Shown here one piece after another: positions 61,556-64,000 of a stretch of 64,000 nt of DNA. The position numbers and the translations under genes are program-made. The notes beneath the pieces were generated by a model, which saw nothing but the letters and a program-made list of their open reading frames with translations, did not search any database and was not told where the DNA came from. How positions within the stretch are numbered: the stretch's first letter is position 1; each line of letters starts with the position of its first letter. Source of the stretch: Eledone cirrhosa (Eukaryota); assembly GCA_964016885.1 (NCBI GenBank), contig OZ024740.1:148118001-148182000 (forward strand), written 5' to 3'.

Positions 61556-62650
61556 ACCAGATAGAAAAATACGTACAGCAAAAAAAAGTAATATTGTTGG
61601 AATATAAACCTTTAAAAATACAGGACAAGAAACTAAAATAAAACTTTAAAAGAATAGGACAAGAAACTAAGATAAAACTTTAAAAGAATAGGACAAGAAA
61701 CTAAGATAAAACTTTAAAGAATTGGACAAGAAATAAAACATTTTACAATAATATTAGTGGCAAAATATTTTTATTCGTTTCCTGTGCTATGCCCCAGTAT
61801 CTTCTTGATTAGTGCATAATAATTGTCATGCTCTCATTGTGCGTTGCCCCTGAGCGGTTGGTTCTGGTTGGGGTTGGTTGGCTGAGCAGTTCTGCTCCGT
61901 CAGAATGACCATTGCAAGAAGAATTGGCCGATGCAGCTGCAGGTCTCCTCCAAGAATGCACTTCTGGTCCCGCAACACCAGACGAAGATGGAGAAGACGA
62001 CCAGGACAAGATGTCGACTCTGACGACCGACTACGGCACCTCCCTCAACCACCGGTCCTCCCTCCCTCTGTCCCGTCATCCCTCCAGTCCTCCTTCTCCC
62101 CCTTCCTGTACCAGAAAGCTGTGGCACGCATTCATCTGGACTGCCGGACTTGAACTCAAGGACAAGATGCAAGGAGAAGATGGACGGGTTGGTCAAGATC
62201 AAGGATGAGCGGGACGACAAGACTGTCCGCTGCTGCTCAAGATCTGTGCTCATGGGCCCATGGGTCCATTCACATTATGCATGACACTTAAGGCGTGTCG
62301 CCGAATGATGAAATAGGGGTATGGTTATGGCCCAATTGGTGTTCAAACCAGGATCAAATGATCCCCCCGGTCTGACGACGACCTCTGAATGTGGAACCCA
62401 GAGCCTATTAATGTGGAACTCGATTTTTTACCAATAAAAATTTTGCCACTAATATTATTGTAAAATTTTTTATTTCTTGTCCAATTCTTTAAAGTTTTAT
62501 CTTAGTTTCTTGTCCTATTCTTTTAAAGTTTTATCTTAGTTCCTTGTCCTATTCTTTTAAAGTTTTATTTTAGTTTCTTGTCCTGTATTTTTAAAGGTTT
62601 ATATTCCAACAATATTACTTTTTTTTGCTGTACGCATTTTTCTATCTGGT
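61556..62650. mobile_element. Foldback-type element: ~220-bp near-identical inverted arms containing 34-bp tandem subrepeats, around a ~660-bp GC-rich core; (TA)n at the right end
   Basis: accagatagaaaaatacgtacagcaaaa... pairs with ...ttttgctgtacgcatttttctatctggt. The unit ggacaagaaactaagataaaactttaaaagaata starts at 61623, 61657, 61691 and (partial) 61724. Confidence 0.92.
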
Positions 62651-63489
62651 ATATATATATATATATCAGTGTCAACCCTAATAGAGCAGACCTGTCTTTT
62701 CGTGTATTTCTTCTTTCTTCATTTATATCACATCATGTCTGATTATTGTCAAATAAGCAATGAACAATCTGATGAAATATGGTCCATCGACATGTTTCCA
62801 TACACAGAACCTCTTTGGCAGCGCTTGGAGGTGAGGTTGGTTCGGTGCCTTTCGTGAATTTAGTATTATATTATCCAATATATTTTTCCTTTTCTGTTTT
62901 AAAAACAATAGTTGTGATGTGAAGATCACTGGGCTGTTATTTCTAGCAGGTCAACAAATTACACAGAAGCTTCTTTGTTGACTTGATCGATGGGAGCCGT
63001 TCTGCAAGCTACATTTTCCTATTGGAGTTGAGTTCATGAACCGGTTTTCATTCATGGTTAACGATAACTCAATTAATTAATTCTGTTAATATGCTTTTTG
63101 TTTTTATTAAATTTCACGGCTTGGCATTTACTTTCTTTTTTTGTCCTTGTTGAATCGATTAAACAATATATTGGTAGATTCAATAGATTTTAATTTTTTC
63201 TCTTACTACAAAAAAAAATATTTTCCTATACTAGAATGATATCTCTGGTTTATAGGAGAGAAAAGGTGGAGAAATTATGCCGTTGTTATTTTTACCAGTG
63301 GCATTAGTACCATTAATTATATCACGAACCTGAATACTGAGTTTTTAGCTTTGTTTATGTTACCTTATTGACAAATAGCATTAATTAATTCTCTCTCTAG
63401 ACCCCCTGTTAACTCTCACCAGGTTCATACGATAAAATAAGAACCCAGAACTTGGAGTGCGGGTAATGCAAGACTATGAAAAAGACACT

Positions 63490-63528
63490 TTAAGTAAAAC
63501 ACCACTTTAAAAGTGGTGTTTTACTTAA
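63490..63528. repeat. Perfect 39-bp palindrome bounded by TTAA
   Basis: ttaagtaaaacaccacttt-a-aaagtggtgttttacttaa. Confidence 0.9.
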
Positions 63529-64000
63529 CAAGGCACGACGACATGAGAAAATAATTCAGAAGAAAACGGAAACTATTTACAACTAAACCAGTTTCTAATA
63601 GCTAATTATTAATAGCTATCGGCGTAACAATTATTTGAAAATGTGGGTTGCAATGTCCCTGCATTGTCGAGGGCTTTAATGATAGAAAAGAAATTAGCTT
63701 TGGATCTACAGCGAATGATGATTACTCAATTCTCCTCTCTACCTTTTACTACGTATATTTCTTGTCTCTTCCTTCTCCTATCTAGTTATAAATATACACA
63801 GGCATCACCATTTCTTCTCATGATGCAATAAGTGTGTGCTTGTTTGTTTGTCTAAGTAAAAGATAAAAAAAAATAAGTAGAGAAGGAAAAAGTAAAAGTA
63901 GACGGAAAAGAAATGAAATAAAATTATTATATAGTATGATTATTGGCCTTCGAAATGTATAGATACGTACATCAGACAGACAGCACATAAACATAGATAA

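Noticed and set aside
61620-61735. CRISPR-like array of 34-bp repeats
   Set aside because: The repeats are contiguous with no unique spacers, lie within inverted arms, and the context is eukaryotic with no cas genes.

Overview
AT-rich, microsatellite-saturated eukaryotic DNA: (TA)n, (CA)n, (GA)n, (TTA)n, (GTA)n and (GCA)n tracts. The repeat landscape and the abundant tRNA-head/Nin(Deu)-domain SINE suggest an octopod cephalopod (inference from recalled Octopus SINE consensus, not a database search). No recognisable host gene is present, and most ORFs in the track are translations of microsatellites or antisense shadows. The real coding sequence is transposon-derived: two tandem R4/Dong-clade REL retrotransposons (21.3-26.85 kb, minus), a near-complete L1/Tx1-clade LINE (27.1-33.0 kb, plus) with two decayed relatives, a third R4/Dong-like element, fragments of CR1-, RTE-, CRE- and RNase H-bearing (I-group) LINEs, two mariner remnants, and about 15 SINE copies. 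The most interesting signal is non-coding. Many short elements of unrelated sequence sit in or beside (TA)n tracts, several are long near-perfect palindromes, and several carry type I hammerhead-ribozyme cores (stem I - CUGANGA - stem II - GAAA - 1-bp stem III with a short, often palindromic loop - UH). Some cores have greatly enlarged stem II and one pair shows a compensatory base change. They resemble Penelope-like element pseudo-LTR remnants or non-autonomous retrozyme-like elements, yet no Penelope RT ORF is seen in the window. All coordinates were read by eye and boundaries are approximate.
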